A DNA stretch of 40,322 nucleotides from Alphaproteobacteria bacterium (GCA_004356335.1 SMXP01000021.1:1-40322); one strand, 5' to 3'; shown: positions 16,292 through 25,096, counted from the first letter of the stretch. Notes: generated by a model not told the origin, from the letters alone. A program made the numbers and translations.

Positions 16292-17355
16292 CGTCTACCT
16301 TACATCGATATCTCACCAAGTTATTTTTCTCGCGCTTGGTGCTATTGCTGGTCGGTATCAATTTTCTTGTCGTCATTCTGGATTTTATGGCCAATGGCGA
16401 CGATGTGATCAGCTCGAACTCGACACCGCTTTTGTCATCCTTTCGCTATATGGGGCTGCGCCTGCCTCAAATTGCGTCAACACTCATGCCGTTTGTATTG
16501 CTTATTGCGGTTCTCCTTACATTGATGGAACTGGTCCGGCATCAAGAAATGGCGGCGATGATGTCGGCCGGCATGTCACAGCTTAAAGTCATGTTGACCC
16601 TGCTGCCCGCGGGCATGATCGTCGCGGTTTTACAATTTGCCATTAATGACCAATTGGAGCCGAGAGCTATAAAGGAACTAAAGAATTGGGGAGTCGGAGA
16701 ATACAAAGTTGATAAGGGGGAGGAGATCGATGCAATTTGGTTTCACCATCAAAGTGACATAATTCGCGTGGGCCGCGTCGAACGCGGTGATCTACTTCAC
16801 GACATTACTATTTTCCGGCGTGGTCAAGACGGAAACATAGTCGAGCGCATTCATGCGAATAGGCTGGTTCACGAAAATGGGACTTGGATTCTGAGTGACG
16901 TCAGCCGTTCGACCATTACTCGCCGCGAGCCGGAACAACTCGACCATCTTGAATGGCAGAGCAATCTGCAGCCCCATCTTGTGGCATCGCTTGCATCTCA
17001 TCCCAAGGATCTATCCGTTTTTGAGATCAGACGATTTTGGCAAGAGGCAAGGTTTGGCAGCTTTCCCAATCATGTTTATGAAGTGTGGATGCACCGGAAA
17101 ATTGTTGCGCCCCTCGTCCTTTTTGTCATGGTTCTAATGTCTGTTCCGCTTGTCCAGCGCTACCAACGTGATACAAATTTAGTTTCGATATTAGTATTCG
17201 GATTGGCTGCGGGTTTTTTCTTCATTGTCTTTGACGATCTTTTGATGACATTTGGCGAGGCGGGGCTCATCCCGCCCATATTGGCTGCTTGGGCGGCAAC
17301 TCTGATCTTCGCCGCAATCGGCGCGACATTGGCCTTGCACCACGAGTCACTCTGA
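16288..17355 (+). CDS. lptG: LptG-type LPS export permease (YjgP/YjgQ family)
   Basis: 355 aa with the same architecture (LHRYLTKLFFSRLVLLL..). ATGA overlap with lptF at 16288-16291. Confidence 0.8.
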   Translation: MTSTLHRYLTKLFFSRLVLLLVGINFLVVILDFMANGDDVISSNSTPLLSSFRYMGLRLPQIASTLMPFVLLIAVLLTLMELVRHQEMAAMMSAGMSQLKVMLTLLPAGMIVAVLQFAINDQLEPRAIKELKNWGVGEYKVDKGEEIDAIWFHHQSDIIRVGRVERGDLLHDITIFRRGQDGNIVERIHANRLVHENGTWILSDVSRSTITRREPEQLDHLEWQSNLQPHLVASLASHPKDLSVFEIRRFWQEARFGSFPNHVYEVWMHRKIVAPLVLFVMVLMSVPLVQRYQRDTNLVSILVFGLAAGFFFIVFDDLLMTFGEAGLIPPILAAWAATLIFAAIGATLALHHESL

Positions 17356-17357
17356 AC

Positions 17358-18332
17358 ATGAACACGCCCGCCGTAAAAGTAGGCCTCATATCAAATCCCT
17401 TAAGTCAAAGAAATAAGAAGCGCCGGGGTAAGCTTAACGACATCGTTAGTTCACACGCCGATATATTATACGAGCCCCTTGAGGAGATCGCCGCTTTGGC
17501 AGAGATTCTCAAAAAGTTTTCGGCCCGTGAGGTCGGGCTGATTGTGCTGGATGGCGGCGATGGCACGGTTCAAGCGGCTTTGACCGAATTACTAAACGGC
17601 AACGCTTACGACACACCGCCATTGCTGTGTGTCTTGCCAAGCGGTATGACCAACTTAATTGCCGGCGATGTCAGCGGCAAAGGAACACCGGAAATGGGTT
17701 TCTCTCGAGTGATAGAGAGAGCGCGCAACGAATCCTTCGATCAATGGATCGTTGAGCGCCATGTCATTCGCGTGCAATATGCACCAGACCTGTCACCCAT
17801 TTACGGCATGTTTTTTGGCATGGGCGCGGTGACACGGGCGATCGAACAATGTCGTCGCGTCATTCACCCCCTGCGAATTGAAGGACCCGGCGCGGTAGGC
17901 CTTACCTTGGCCGGCCTGCTCATACGCAGATCGATCAGAGGGAACCGCGACGATACTGTGTTTCGCGGCGACAATATCACGCTTCAATTTAATGACGGTA
18001 AGGCGATCCCGATACATAACCTGCTGGTTTTGATCTCGACTTTGAAGCGACTTGCGCTTGGAACGCGGCCCTTTTGGGGAGAAGGCAATGGCGGTCTCCA
18101 AGTTACAAGCATCGCCTATCCGCCCACTCGATTTTGGCGCTCACTTTTCCCCCTGCTATATGGCAAGGAAAGGCGCAACCTTGATTCCGAGATTTATTTG
18201 AGCCAAAGAACCGATCATCTCGCCATCACAATGAACAGCCCGTTCACATTGGACGGTGAGATGTTCCAGCCTTCACCGGACATTCCCGTCAGATTAGAGG
18301 CTGCCGGTCCGGTTCGGTTTATCCGCTGGTGA
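17358..18332 (+). CDS. diacylglycerol-kinase-fold lipid kinase (candidate ceramide/sphingoid kinase)
   Basis: ORF 17289..18332. The likely start is ATG 17358 (MNTPAVKVGLISNPLS), 2 nt after the lptG stop. It has the DAGK_cat signature LIVLDGGDGTVQAAL and LPSGMTNL. Confidence 0.75.
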   Translation: MNTPAVKVGLISNPLSQRNKKRRGKLNDIVSSHADILYEPLEEIAALAEILKKFSAREVGLIVLDGGDGTVQAALTELLNGNAYDTPPLLCVLPSGMTNLIAGDVSGKGTPEMGFSRVIERARNESFDQWIVERHVIRVQYAPDLSPIYGMFFGMGAVTRAIEQCRRVIHPLRIEGPGAVGLTLAGLLIRRSIRGNRDDTVFRGDNITLQFNDGKAIPIHNLLVLISTLKRLALGTRPFWGEGNGGLQVTSIAYPPTRFWRSLFPLLYGKERRNLDSEIYLSQRTDHLAITMNSPFTLDGEMFQPSPDIPVRLEAAGPVRFIRW

Positions 18333-18336
18333 CGCC

Positions 18337-19284
18337 ATGTCAATGGAACAAACGCTTGCTCAAATTATTCGACGGGAGATTTATCAGCCGGTACCGCAAG
18401 CGGTGCAAACAGCCGCACAGGGCGTTCGCGATCGACATGGTGATGGTGTCGCGGCAATTCTTTTCTACGGCTCTTGCCTTAGAGACCAATCGGTTGAAGG
18501 CAAAGTGATTGATTTTTACGTACTCGTGGAGCACTACCATAACATCCACAAGAGCTGGATCATGAGCACGGCAAATGCCCTGCTTCCGCCCAACGTCTAC
18601 TATCTAGAGGTCCCCGATGATGGAGGCACGGTCCGCATCAAATACGCCGTTTATACGTTAAACGCATTTAACAGGGGGGCATCCCAACGCACCATACAGT
18701 CGACAATATGGGCACGATTCGCGCAACCCTGTATTCTGCTATACGCGCGCAGTGATGCGGTCGAGGGGCGGATTGTTTCGGCATTGGTCAAGTCCATCAC
18801 GACGTTGATGAAACTAACCACACCTCTCATGGCCACAACATTCACCTCGAAAGAATTATGGGTGCGCGCTTTTCAAGAAAGCTATAGATCGGAATTGCGC
18901 GCGGAACGTTCGGATCGCCCCGCCCAACTCTATGATCATTTTGAAATGCGTTACGAAAAGCTGAGCAAACTTTGTTTGATCGGCGCCGAACAACAAGAAA
19001 GTCAACCTCAAACGCCCACACGCTACCGAAATTCAAGCGGCAAATGGGCTAGAGCCCTCACCCAAACGAGATGTGTGGTGCGGCGGTTCTACGGCAAGTT
19101 TCTCACAATATTGCGCCTTGTGAAGGCGGCATTTACGTTTGATGGCGGACTCGACTACATCCTTTGGAAGATTGAAACCCATTCGGCCGTGCGGGTAAGA
19201 CCGACGCCCTGGCAAGAGCGGCACCCGGTGCTGGCGGCACCGATCTTGGCATGGCGGTTATACCGGCAAGGGGCTTTTCGCTGA
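18337..19284 (+). CDS. Tam41/Mmp37-like nucleotidyltransferase (phosphatidate cytidylyltransferase-like)
   Basis: 315 aa, starting 4 nt after the kinase stop. AAILFYGSCLRD, VIDFYVLVEHY, PPNVYYLEV, IKYAVYTLNAF and IWARFAQPCILLY follow the Tam41 pattern as I remember it (GYGSGVF.Q, DFI..V, GVYFN, KYGV.., AGR.QKPV). Confidence 0.55.
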   Translation: MSMEQTLAQIIRREIYQPVPQAVQTAAQGVRDRHGDGVAAILFYGSCLRDQSVEGKVIDFYVLVEHYHNIHKSWIMSTANALLPPNVYYLEVPDDGGTVRIKYAVYTLNAFNRGASQRTIQSTIWARFAQPCILLYARSDAVEGRIVSALVKSITTLMKLTTPLMATTFTSKELWVRAFQESYRSELRAERSDRPAQLYDHFEMRYEKLSKLCLIGAEQQESQPQTPTRYRNSSGKWARALTQTRCVVRRFYGKFLTILRLVKAAFTFDGGLDYILWKIETHSAVRVRPTPWQERHPVLAAPILAWRLYRQGAFR

Positions 19285-20493
19285 GGCGTCAGAAGATGTC
19301 GGCATGGCATCTCGCCGCATTTCGGCCAAGCGTGAGAAAATCTCTCCAATTTCCTCAATCTCCTCAACGCTGTGAGCGGCTGAAACGCTCAATCGAAGAA
19401 GTGAGGTGGCGTTAGGCGTACCGGGCGGAATAGCCAGATTTACGTAAACGCCTGCTTGAATGAGCCAGTTCCAACACGTCACAGCGTCTTCACGGCTTGG
19501 CATCTTGACCGCAATAATGGGTCCCTTGTCGGCGCAAAGCTCAAACCCTAGTTGATGCAACCGATCGTAAAGCCGTGATGAATTGCGCCAAAGTGTTTGA
19601 CGCAGTTCGGGACGCTTCTCGATCTGATGTACCGCTTCGAGCACCGATGCCACATTGGCCGGCGACATCGACGCGGTGAACATATAAGGCCGGCTGACGC
19701 AACGCAGAAGCTCAAATTCCGGGTGATTGGATGCGGCAAAACCACCTACCGATCCCAGGCTCTTGCTAAAAGTGCCTACATAAAAATCGATTTTATCAAG
19801 CACGCCCTGATCTTCTGAAACGCCGCGACCCTTATCACCAAACACTCCATAAGAATGTGCTTCATCGACAAAAAGATAAGCGTCATGTTCATGGGTAATC
19901 TTTTCGATCTCGGCGACGGGCGCCACATCACCGAACATGCTGTACATCCCTTCAACAATGACCAGCACATTACCGCCGTCTTGGCCCAAGCGGGTTAAGC
20001 GTTTATCCAAATCTTCCGGAGAGTTGTGGCGAAATCGGATGGTCTCGGCGTCGCTCAATTTGCAACCGTCATAAATCGAAGCATGGCAATCGGCATCAAT
20101 TAGAATCGTATCTCCCTGTCCTGTGAGACCCGATATAACGCCGAGATTGGCTTGATAACCGGTTGAAAACACAATCGTGTATTGATAGCCGAGAAACTTT
20201 GCCAGCGCCTGCTCCAGCGCTTTGTGATTCGCATAGGTACCATTGGCGAAACGAGAACCCGTGGTACCGGTTCCTTGCTTCGCCATGGCTTCTTGGCCAG
20301 CGCGCACACATTCCGGGTCGAAGGTGAGGCCGAGATAATTATTGGTGCCCGCTAACAACACCTCACGCCCGTCGATCAACGCTCGAGTAGGCGACAATAT
20401 CTCCGCCATACAGACACTGAACGGATCATCTCCGACCTCTAGGATAGAGTTATACAGATCCGATAATGGTCCAAACTTATCAAAAATACTCAT
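19258..20493 (-). CDS. spt: serine palmitoyltransferase (alpha-oxoamine synthase family)
   Basis: 411 aa. Long collinear similarity to Sphingomonas paucimobilis SPT as I remember it: GTNNYLGLTFDP, GTGTTGSRFANGT, VFSTGYQANLG, DADCHASIYDG, IRFRHNS.EDLDKRL, VDEAHS, and GTFSKSLGSVGG with the PLP lysine. Confidence 0.9.
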   Translation of the reverse strand: MSIFDKFGPLSDLYNSILEVGDDPFSVCMAEILSPTRALIDGREVLLAGTNNYLGLTFDPECVRAGQEAMAKQGTGTTGSRFANGTYANHKALEQALAKFLGYQYTIVFSTGYQANLGVISGLTGQGDTILIDADCHASIYDGCKLSDAETIRFRHNSPEDLDKRLTRLGQDGGNVLVIVEGMYSMFGDVAPVAEIEKITHEHDAYLFVDEAHSYGVFGDKGRGVSEDQGVLDKIDFYVGTFSKSLGSVGGFAASNHPEFELLRCVSRPYMFTASMSPANVASVLEAVHQIEKRPELRQTLWRNSSRLYDRLHQLGFELCADKGPIIAVKMPSREDAVTCWNWLIQAGVYVNLAIPPGTPNATSLLRLSVSAAHSVEEIEEIGEIFSRLAEMRRDAMPTSSDASAKSPLPV

Positions 20494-20497
20494 GGCC

Positions 20498-20752
20498 TTA
20501 TTTTTCGCTCACAAGCTTTTGAACAGACTTAACCAGATCGCCCACAGTCCGCAGTTCAGACATTAAATTCATGGGGAAGGATATATCGTAACTATCCTCC
20601 AACTCCATGATCAAATCTAAGATAGCCACGGAATCGATCTCCAATTCCGTTGCAATATCGGTGTCTTTCGTCAATTCAATGTTATTGACATTGAAGACTT
20701 TCAGCAATGCACAAGTCTTTTGAAAGACCAAATCGTGATCTTCCTGTGGCAT
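20498..20752 (-). CDS. dedicated acyl carrier protein
   Basis: ORF 20498..20875. I prefer ATG 20752 (MPQEDHDLV..) or 20770, because the upstream 35 codons are repeat-derived (the same peptide appears in ORF 39862..40206). Phosphopantetheine site ELEIDSVAILDL. The stop is 4 nt before the spt ATG. Confidence 0.85.
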   Translation of the reverse strand: MPQEDHDLVFQKTCALLKVFNVNNIELTKDTDIATELEIDSVAILDLIMELEDSYDISFPMNLMSELRTVGDLVKSVQKLVSEK

Positions 20753-20802
20753 CTTTTCTCTATCCTTCATCTTTTGGTTCTCATTCGGATATACGCTATC
20801 AA

Positions 20803-20947
20803 CTAGAGCACGTTCACAAAAGATGGAATCACTAACGTGCTCTAGGTCTTTGTTTTGTCGCGCATTCGAACCCAAAAACCGCGTACACTTTTTGTGAATG
20901 CGCTCTAGACCACGTTCTTCGATTCTATGAATTGTGAACGTGGTCTA
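20803..20947. repeat. Mosaic hairpin repeat locus R6 (modules C + A + D)
   Basis: C: ctagagcacgttcacaaaagatggaatcactaacgtgctctag (20803-20845). Linker gtctttgttttgtc. A: 20860-20908. D: ctagaccacgttcttcgattctatgaattgtgaacgtggtcta (20905-20947). It is intercistronic between the acyl ligase and the ACP. Confidence 0.9.
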
Positions 20948-20994
20948 TTGTAATATATCCATCCGGCCGGCTTATAGCAGCTTGTTATGATTTC

Positions 20995-22761
20995 TCACTC
21001 TGCCAAGACAGACAAGCCTTCGGCGGATTCATTGGATCGGTCCTCAAAGGCACCGGCAAGGAATCTAGCTTTTACCTTAGCCCGGCTCAGCTTGCCGGAC
21101 GATGTCATGGTCAGACTGCGCAGCGGTGCCAAAACGATCTTGCTCGTCACACCCGCTGTTGCATGGATCGTTGTTTTGATCCGACGCAATAATTGCTGGC
21201 GCGCTTCATCGCCCTTAACACGGCACTCGACCACCGTCACAACCGATTCCGTCCCATCGGACTTCTCAACTGAAAAAGCCGCCACACCGCCGCTACGTAT
21301 TTCGGGCAGGCGTTCTATGGCCCACTCAATATCGTGAGGCCAAATATTGCGTCCGTTGACGATGATCAAATCTTTGCTGCGACCTGTGACGACAAGCTCC
21401 CCGTCGATCAGGTAGCCCATGTCACCCGTATCCATCCAGCCGTCATCCGTTAAAACCCGTTGCGATGCTTCTTTGTCCTGAAAATAGCCGGCCATAAGGC
21501 TTGGACCACTGATAAAAATGTCGCCAACCTCACGATCCGCCACAAGGGATCCATCGCTGCGTCTGATTTCAAGTCCGTGTCCCGGCATGGGCTTACCGCA
21601 AATGACGAATGTGCGTCTCTTATCCGCGTTACCGTTTAATTTTATGGGTTTAGCGATACCCGAATTGGCATAGACCTGCATATCAATGGTATCTCTCGCG
21701 AAGTCCTCATCGACATCGGCAAAGGTCATGGCGAGCGTTGCTTCCGCAAGGCCATAGCTGGGTACAAATGTCGAGCGTCGATACCCCACGGGCTCGAACG
21801 TCGAGATAAACGTATCAAGCACGTCGGCACGAATCATGTCGCCGCCAATGCCCGCAACGCGCCAAGACGACAAATCGATCCCGTCCAAGGAACCATTCTT
21901 TGCCCGCCGGCAACACAATTCGTATCCGAACGACGGGCTGAACGCCATGGTTGCTTTGTTGTCCGAGATAATCTTGAGCCAGAGCAACGGACGGCGCGCG
22001 AAGTCTGCAGTAGCAATATAATCGACGCTCACCTGCATCATGAGCGGCCCCAGCGCAAACCCCACAAGACCCATATCATGGTAAAGCGGTAGCCAGGAAA
22101 TCGTACGATCTCCTTGCCGACATTTCAGGCCGTGTCGAAGAATGGCGGTGATATTACTTGTCGTGGATTTTTGCGTCGCCGTGACGCCTTTGGGTGAGCT
22201 CGTGCTGCCCGAGGAATATTGAATGTAGCAAGGCTCATCGGGGCCGAGCGGTTGAAGCTCCACCTCGGCTTTGGTCATTTGATCGAAATCGCTATACGTA
22301 CCTATCAAGAGGCCAGGTTGTGATTTCCCGGCTTCCTTAAGAAGTTCGATGAGATGATCGGACGTTACAGCGGCGCAGGCACCAGCCTTGGCCATCATAA
22401 TGCGAATCTGTTCGATATAGGCTTCCTTACCACCCAAATTAATCGGCAACAGAAGCGGTACCGGCAGCAAGCCCGCATATTGGCAGGCAAAGAAGAAAAC
22501 GTGAAATTGCGGGATCGTCTCGGCCAGGATGGCCACCCGACCATGGCGAGGAAAACCCGCCGCAACAAGACGCAATGCCAGTTCTTTGGCCCGGACGCGC
22601 AGCTCCGTATAGGAAATTTGAGCGATCACTTCACCCCGAACAGAATAAAAGTTCAAGCCGGTCTCGCCGCGCGCCGCGTATTCAAGTCCTTCTACGAGTG
22701 TATCGAAACCACTTACCTTGAAGGGCAGTTTCTCGTTTATTGTTGGTGTCGGATTAGGCAT
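20995..22761 (-). CDS. fatty acyl-AMP ligase / acyl-ACP synthetase (ANL superfamily)
   Basis: 588 aa. AMP-binding motifs YIQYSSGSTSSPKGV, WLPLYHDMGL, YGLAEATL and GWMDTGDMGY are present, and the FAAL-like length matches. It is adjacent to the ACP and spt, as in described bacterial sphingolipid loci. Confidence 0.85.
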   Translation of the reverse strand: MPNPTPTINEKLPFKVSGFDTLVEGLEYAARGETGLNFYSVRGEVIAQISYTELRVRAKELALRLVAAGFPRHGRVAILAETIPQFHVFFFACQYAGLLPVPLLLPINLGGKEAYIEQIRIMMAKAGACAAVTSDHLIELLKEAGKSQPGLLIGTYSDFDQMTKAEVELQPLGPDEPCYIQYSSGSTSSPKGVTATQKSTTSNITAILRHGLKCRQGDRTISWLPLYHDMGLVGFALGPLMMQVSVDYIATADFARRPLLWLKIISDNKATMAFSPSFGYELCCRRAKNGSLDGIDLSSWRVAGIGGDMIRADVLDTFISTFEPVGYRRSTFVPSYGLAEATLAMTFADVDEDFARDTIDMQVYANSGIAKPIKLNGNADKRRTFVICGKPMPGHGLEIRRSDGSLVADREVGDIFISGPSLMAGYFQDKEASQRVLTDDGWMDTGDMGYLIDGELVVTGRSKDLIIVNGRNIWPHDIEWAIERLPEIRSGGVAAFSVEKSDGTESVVTVVECRVKGDEARQQLLRRIKTTIHATAGVTSKIVLAPLRSLTMTSSGKLSRAKVKARFLAGAFEDRSNESAEGLSVLAE

Positions 22762-23332
22762 CCAATTCCCCGCTTCGTAATGCCAGTCGGGCCGTGCATT
22801 TCTTGACTGTTTTATTTGTCGGTTTGAGTCTAATGAGTTGAAGTCGGCCCGTACGCTCCCTCACTTCTGATGCCATTCGTCGGATCACTGAATCTCACCA
22901 TAAACAGAGACCAAGAGTCGATAAAGACCGTCAACCCTTGGCACAACTCGCCTGTGGCGGGAAATCCCCTGATCCGTCTGGAAACTGACCCTCCGAGCAG
23001 GAGCCATATTATCCCAGCAGCCCACCGGCCGTAAATACATGGATGTTCCGCCGTTAATACCCTCGAAGCCAGCCGAAAACGGCGCTTTCGACCATAAAGA
23101 TGCCCACGCATAATCGACAATAATGGCTTTTACTGTGCCCCAAATAACACAGGTCGAGACCTCTACGACACAGTTTTTTGTGCGCCCGATCGAGCCGGGC
23201 CATCCGCAGAGGCCTCAACGCTCCATTCTCAAGAGTTTCCGCTGTCACAAGTTGCCCGTTCGACAATGAAATTTGCGCCTACCCATCAAGGTTAGATCCG
23301 TCATACGACGGACTCAAAATATTCGTCCCATT

Positions 23333-23462
23333 TAGAGCGCATTGACAAAAAGCATGTCCCGGCGAAGGCCGGGGTGTGCGCGGTTTTTTGGGTTCGAACG
23401 GGCGACAGAACAAAGACTTTTAGAGCGTTTTCGCGATTCTGTTAAGTTCGAAAACGCTCTAG
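23333..23462. repeat. Mosaic hairpin repeat locus R7 (inverted module A with inserted GC hairpin + inverted module E)
   Basis: tagagcgcattgacaaaaagcatg[tcccggcgaaggccgggg]tgtgcgcggttttttgggttcgaacgggcgac, then tagagcgttttcgcgattctgttaagttcgaaaacgctctag. Confidence 0.8.
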
Positions 23463-23551
23463 CCCTTAGGCTTTGCACCTGATACGGAACCCGTTGCGTG
23501 GGCTTGTTCAACTGTAGGTCATTATTCGAAGGATCATATCAATTGAGGAAA

Positions 23552-24964
23552 ATGAGTCCTGCGGGGATAATGGTGGCGGCTGTGCTGAGCAGCATGGCGC
23601 TGGTGTTGCCGGCTTGGGCGGGCGCCGACACCGATTGCTGCAATGCCATCGAGGAATTGCAGCGCCAGATTTTGCTGCTTCAAGCGCAGATCGATGAGCT
23701 CAAGGCACAACAGGAAGCCCAAGACGGCGATGGAAGTGACATTCAAGTGAAATGGCAGGGGGCGCCTGAAATTTCGAGCGCCGACGGCGATTTCAAATTT
23801 AAGGTCCGTGGTCGTTTATATGCGGATTACGGCACCATGGACGGCCATACGTTCGGCGATCCCAGCCCCGATCCCTATAATCACGGCACCGAGTTGCGCA
23901 CCGCACGCCTGGGCGTAGAAGGTCAGATCTTTGGTCATACGAAGTATAGGTTTGAAGCCGATTTCGCCGGCGGCACCGACGATGTGGAAGTTAAGGACGC
24001 CTATCTGCAATGGGATTTGAGCCCGGCCAGCCTCACCATAGGCCAGTTCAAGACCCCTAATTCATTGGAAGAGCAAACCAGTTCCCGCTTTACCAGCTTT
24101 ATGGAGCGGGCCGCCTTTACCGATTCCTTCGGCCTGGCCCGGCAAGTGGGGATCGGCGTCGGCTTTAAGGGCGACAATTGGACTCTCAAGGCCGGCGGCT
24201 TCGGCGAAAACCTGCATGCCGAGACCGACTTTGAAGAAGGCTGGACCGTTGCCGCCCGCGGCACCTTCGCGCCCATCGCCGTCGGCAACAAAGCAGTCCA
24301 TTTAGGCGCCTCGGTGCGCTGGCGCTGGCGCTCCGAAGATGACCCCTCAACCGATTATGGGGTGCGGCCGCTCATCCATATGGCGTCTGAGAAATTTGTC
24401 GGCCTCAAGGGCCTGCCGGTGGACCAAGACCTCTTCTGGGGCGTCGAGGCGGCCGGCGTCTGGGGTCCGGTCTCAATCCAAGGCGAATATGCCATGCTCA
24501 ATGTGGATTTCGAGCACAGCACGGGGGGGCTCGGGGCCTTCCTGCCGGGACAAAACTTTGACAGGACTGATCCCGACTTTGCCGGCTGGTATATTGGCGG
24601 TTCTGTCTTCCTGACCGGTGAGAGCCGCACTTATAAGGCGGACAAAGGGGCGTTTGATCGCATTGAGGTCAAGAGCCCGGTCAATGACGGCGGCATGGGC
24701 GCGTGGCAACTGGCACTGCGCTATGATTCCCTTGATCTCAATGATGACGGGGTCAATCTGGGCGAACAAGACGCCCTGGTTGTCGGGATCAATTGGTATT
24801 TCAACAATTACACCCGTCTTATGGTCAATTACATCCGTGCGAATGTGACGGCGCCATCCGAACTGACTTTGATGTTGCCCACGGGCGAATCCGCCATCAT
24901 CGGCGGCACCCCCACCGACAACGACATCGAGTCCGTCGGCGTCCGTGCTCAAATCGATTGGTGA
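23552..24964 (+). CDS. OprO/OprP-family phosphate-selective porin
   Basis: ORF 23498..24964. The likely start is ATG 23552 (MSPAGIMVAAVLSSMALVLPAWA signal peptide). It has an N-terminal coiled coil, then FKFKVRGRLYADY, alternating beta-strand periodicity, and a C-terminal ..VRAQIDW. It lies next to the pst genes. Confidence 0.8.
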   Translation: MSPAGIMVAAVLSSMALVLPAWAGADTDCCNAIEELQRQILLLQAQIDELKAQQEAQDGDGSDIQVKWQGAPEISSADGDFKFKVRGRLYADYGTMDGHTFGDPSPDPYNHGTELRTARLGVEGQIFGHTKYRFEADFAGGTDDVEVKDAYLQWDLSPASLTIGQFKTPNSLEEQTSSRFTSFMERAAFTDSFGLARQVGIGVGFKGDNWTLKAGGFGENLHAETDFEEGWTVAARGTFAPIAVGNKAVHLGASVRWRWRSEDDPSTDYGVRPLIHMASEKFVGLKGLPVDQDLFWGVEAAGVWGPVSIQGEYAMLNVDFEHSTGGLGAFLPGQNFDRTDPDFAGWYIGGSVFLTGESRTYKADKGAFDRIEVKSPVNDGGMGAWQLALRYDSLDLNDDGVNLGEQDALVVGINWYFNNYTRLMVNYIRANVTAPSELTLMLPTGESAIIGGTPTDNDIESVGVRAQIDW

Positions 24965-25052
24965 TCTCAAACCGCCGCGCATCCATGCGAACACGACAAA
25001 CCAGCAGGCGCCTTATTTTCCCCTTAGGCGCTTGCTTTCTTTTGCAATATCC

Positions 25053-25096
25053 CTGTCACCAAACCATAATATTTGCATTACAAAACTGTCACAAAG
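25053..25096 (+). promoter_or_regulatory. Candidate Pho-box array upstream of pstS
   Basis: Four 11-bp phased units: CTGTCACcaaa / ccataatattt / gcattacaaaa / CTGTCACaaag. Units 1 and 4 match the CTGTCA(T/C) PhoB half-site, while units 2-3 are weak. This arrangement is atypical for a Pho box. Confidence 0.35.

Noticed and set aside
22940-23010. Fragment cccctgatccgtctggaaac resembling part of a TPP-riboswitch core (ACCUGAUCUGGAUAAU)
   Set aside because: The other obligatory elements (CUGAGA, GGGGUGC and the closing ..GCGUAGGGAA) are absent, and no thiamine-related gene is downstream.
22830-23266. Two minus-strand ORFs (96 aa and 70 aa) in the ligase upstream gap
   Set aside because: They lie in different frames, have no SD or start context and no recognisable motifs, and their composition looks non-coding. 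The region is kept only as an unassigned finding.
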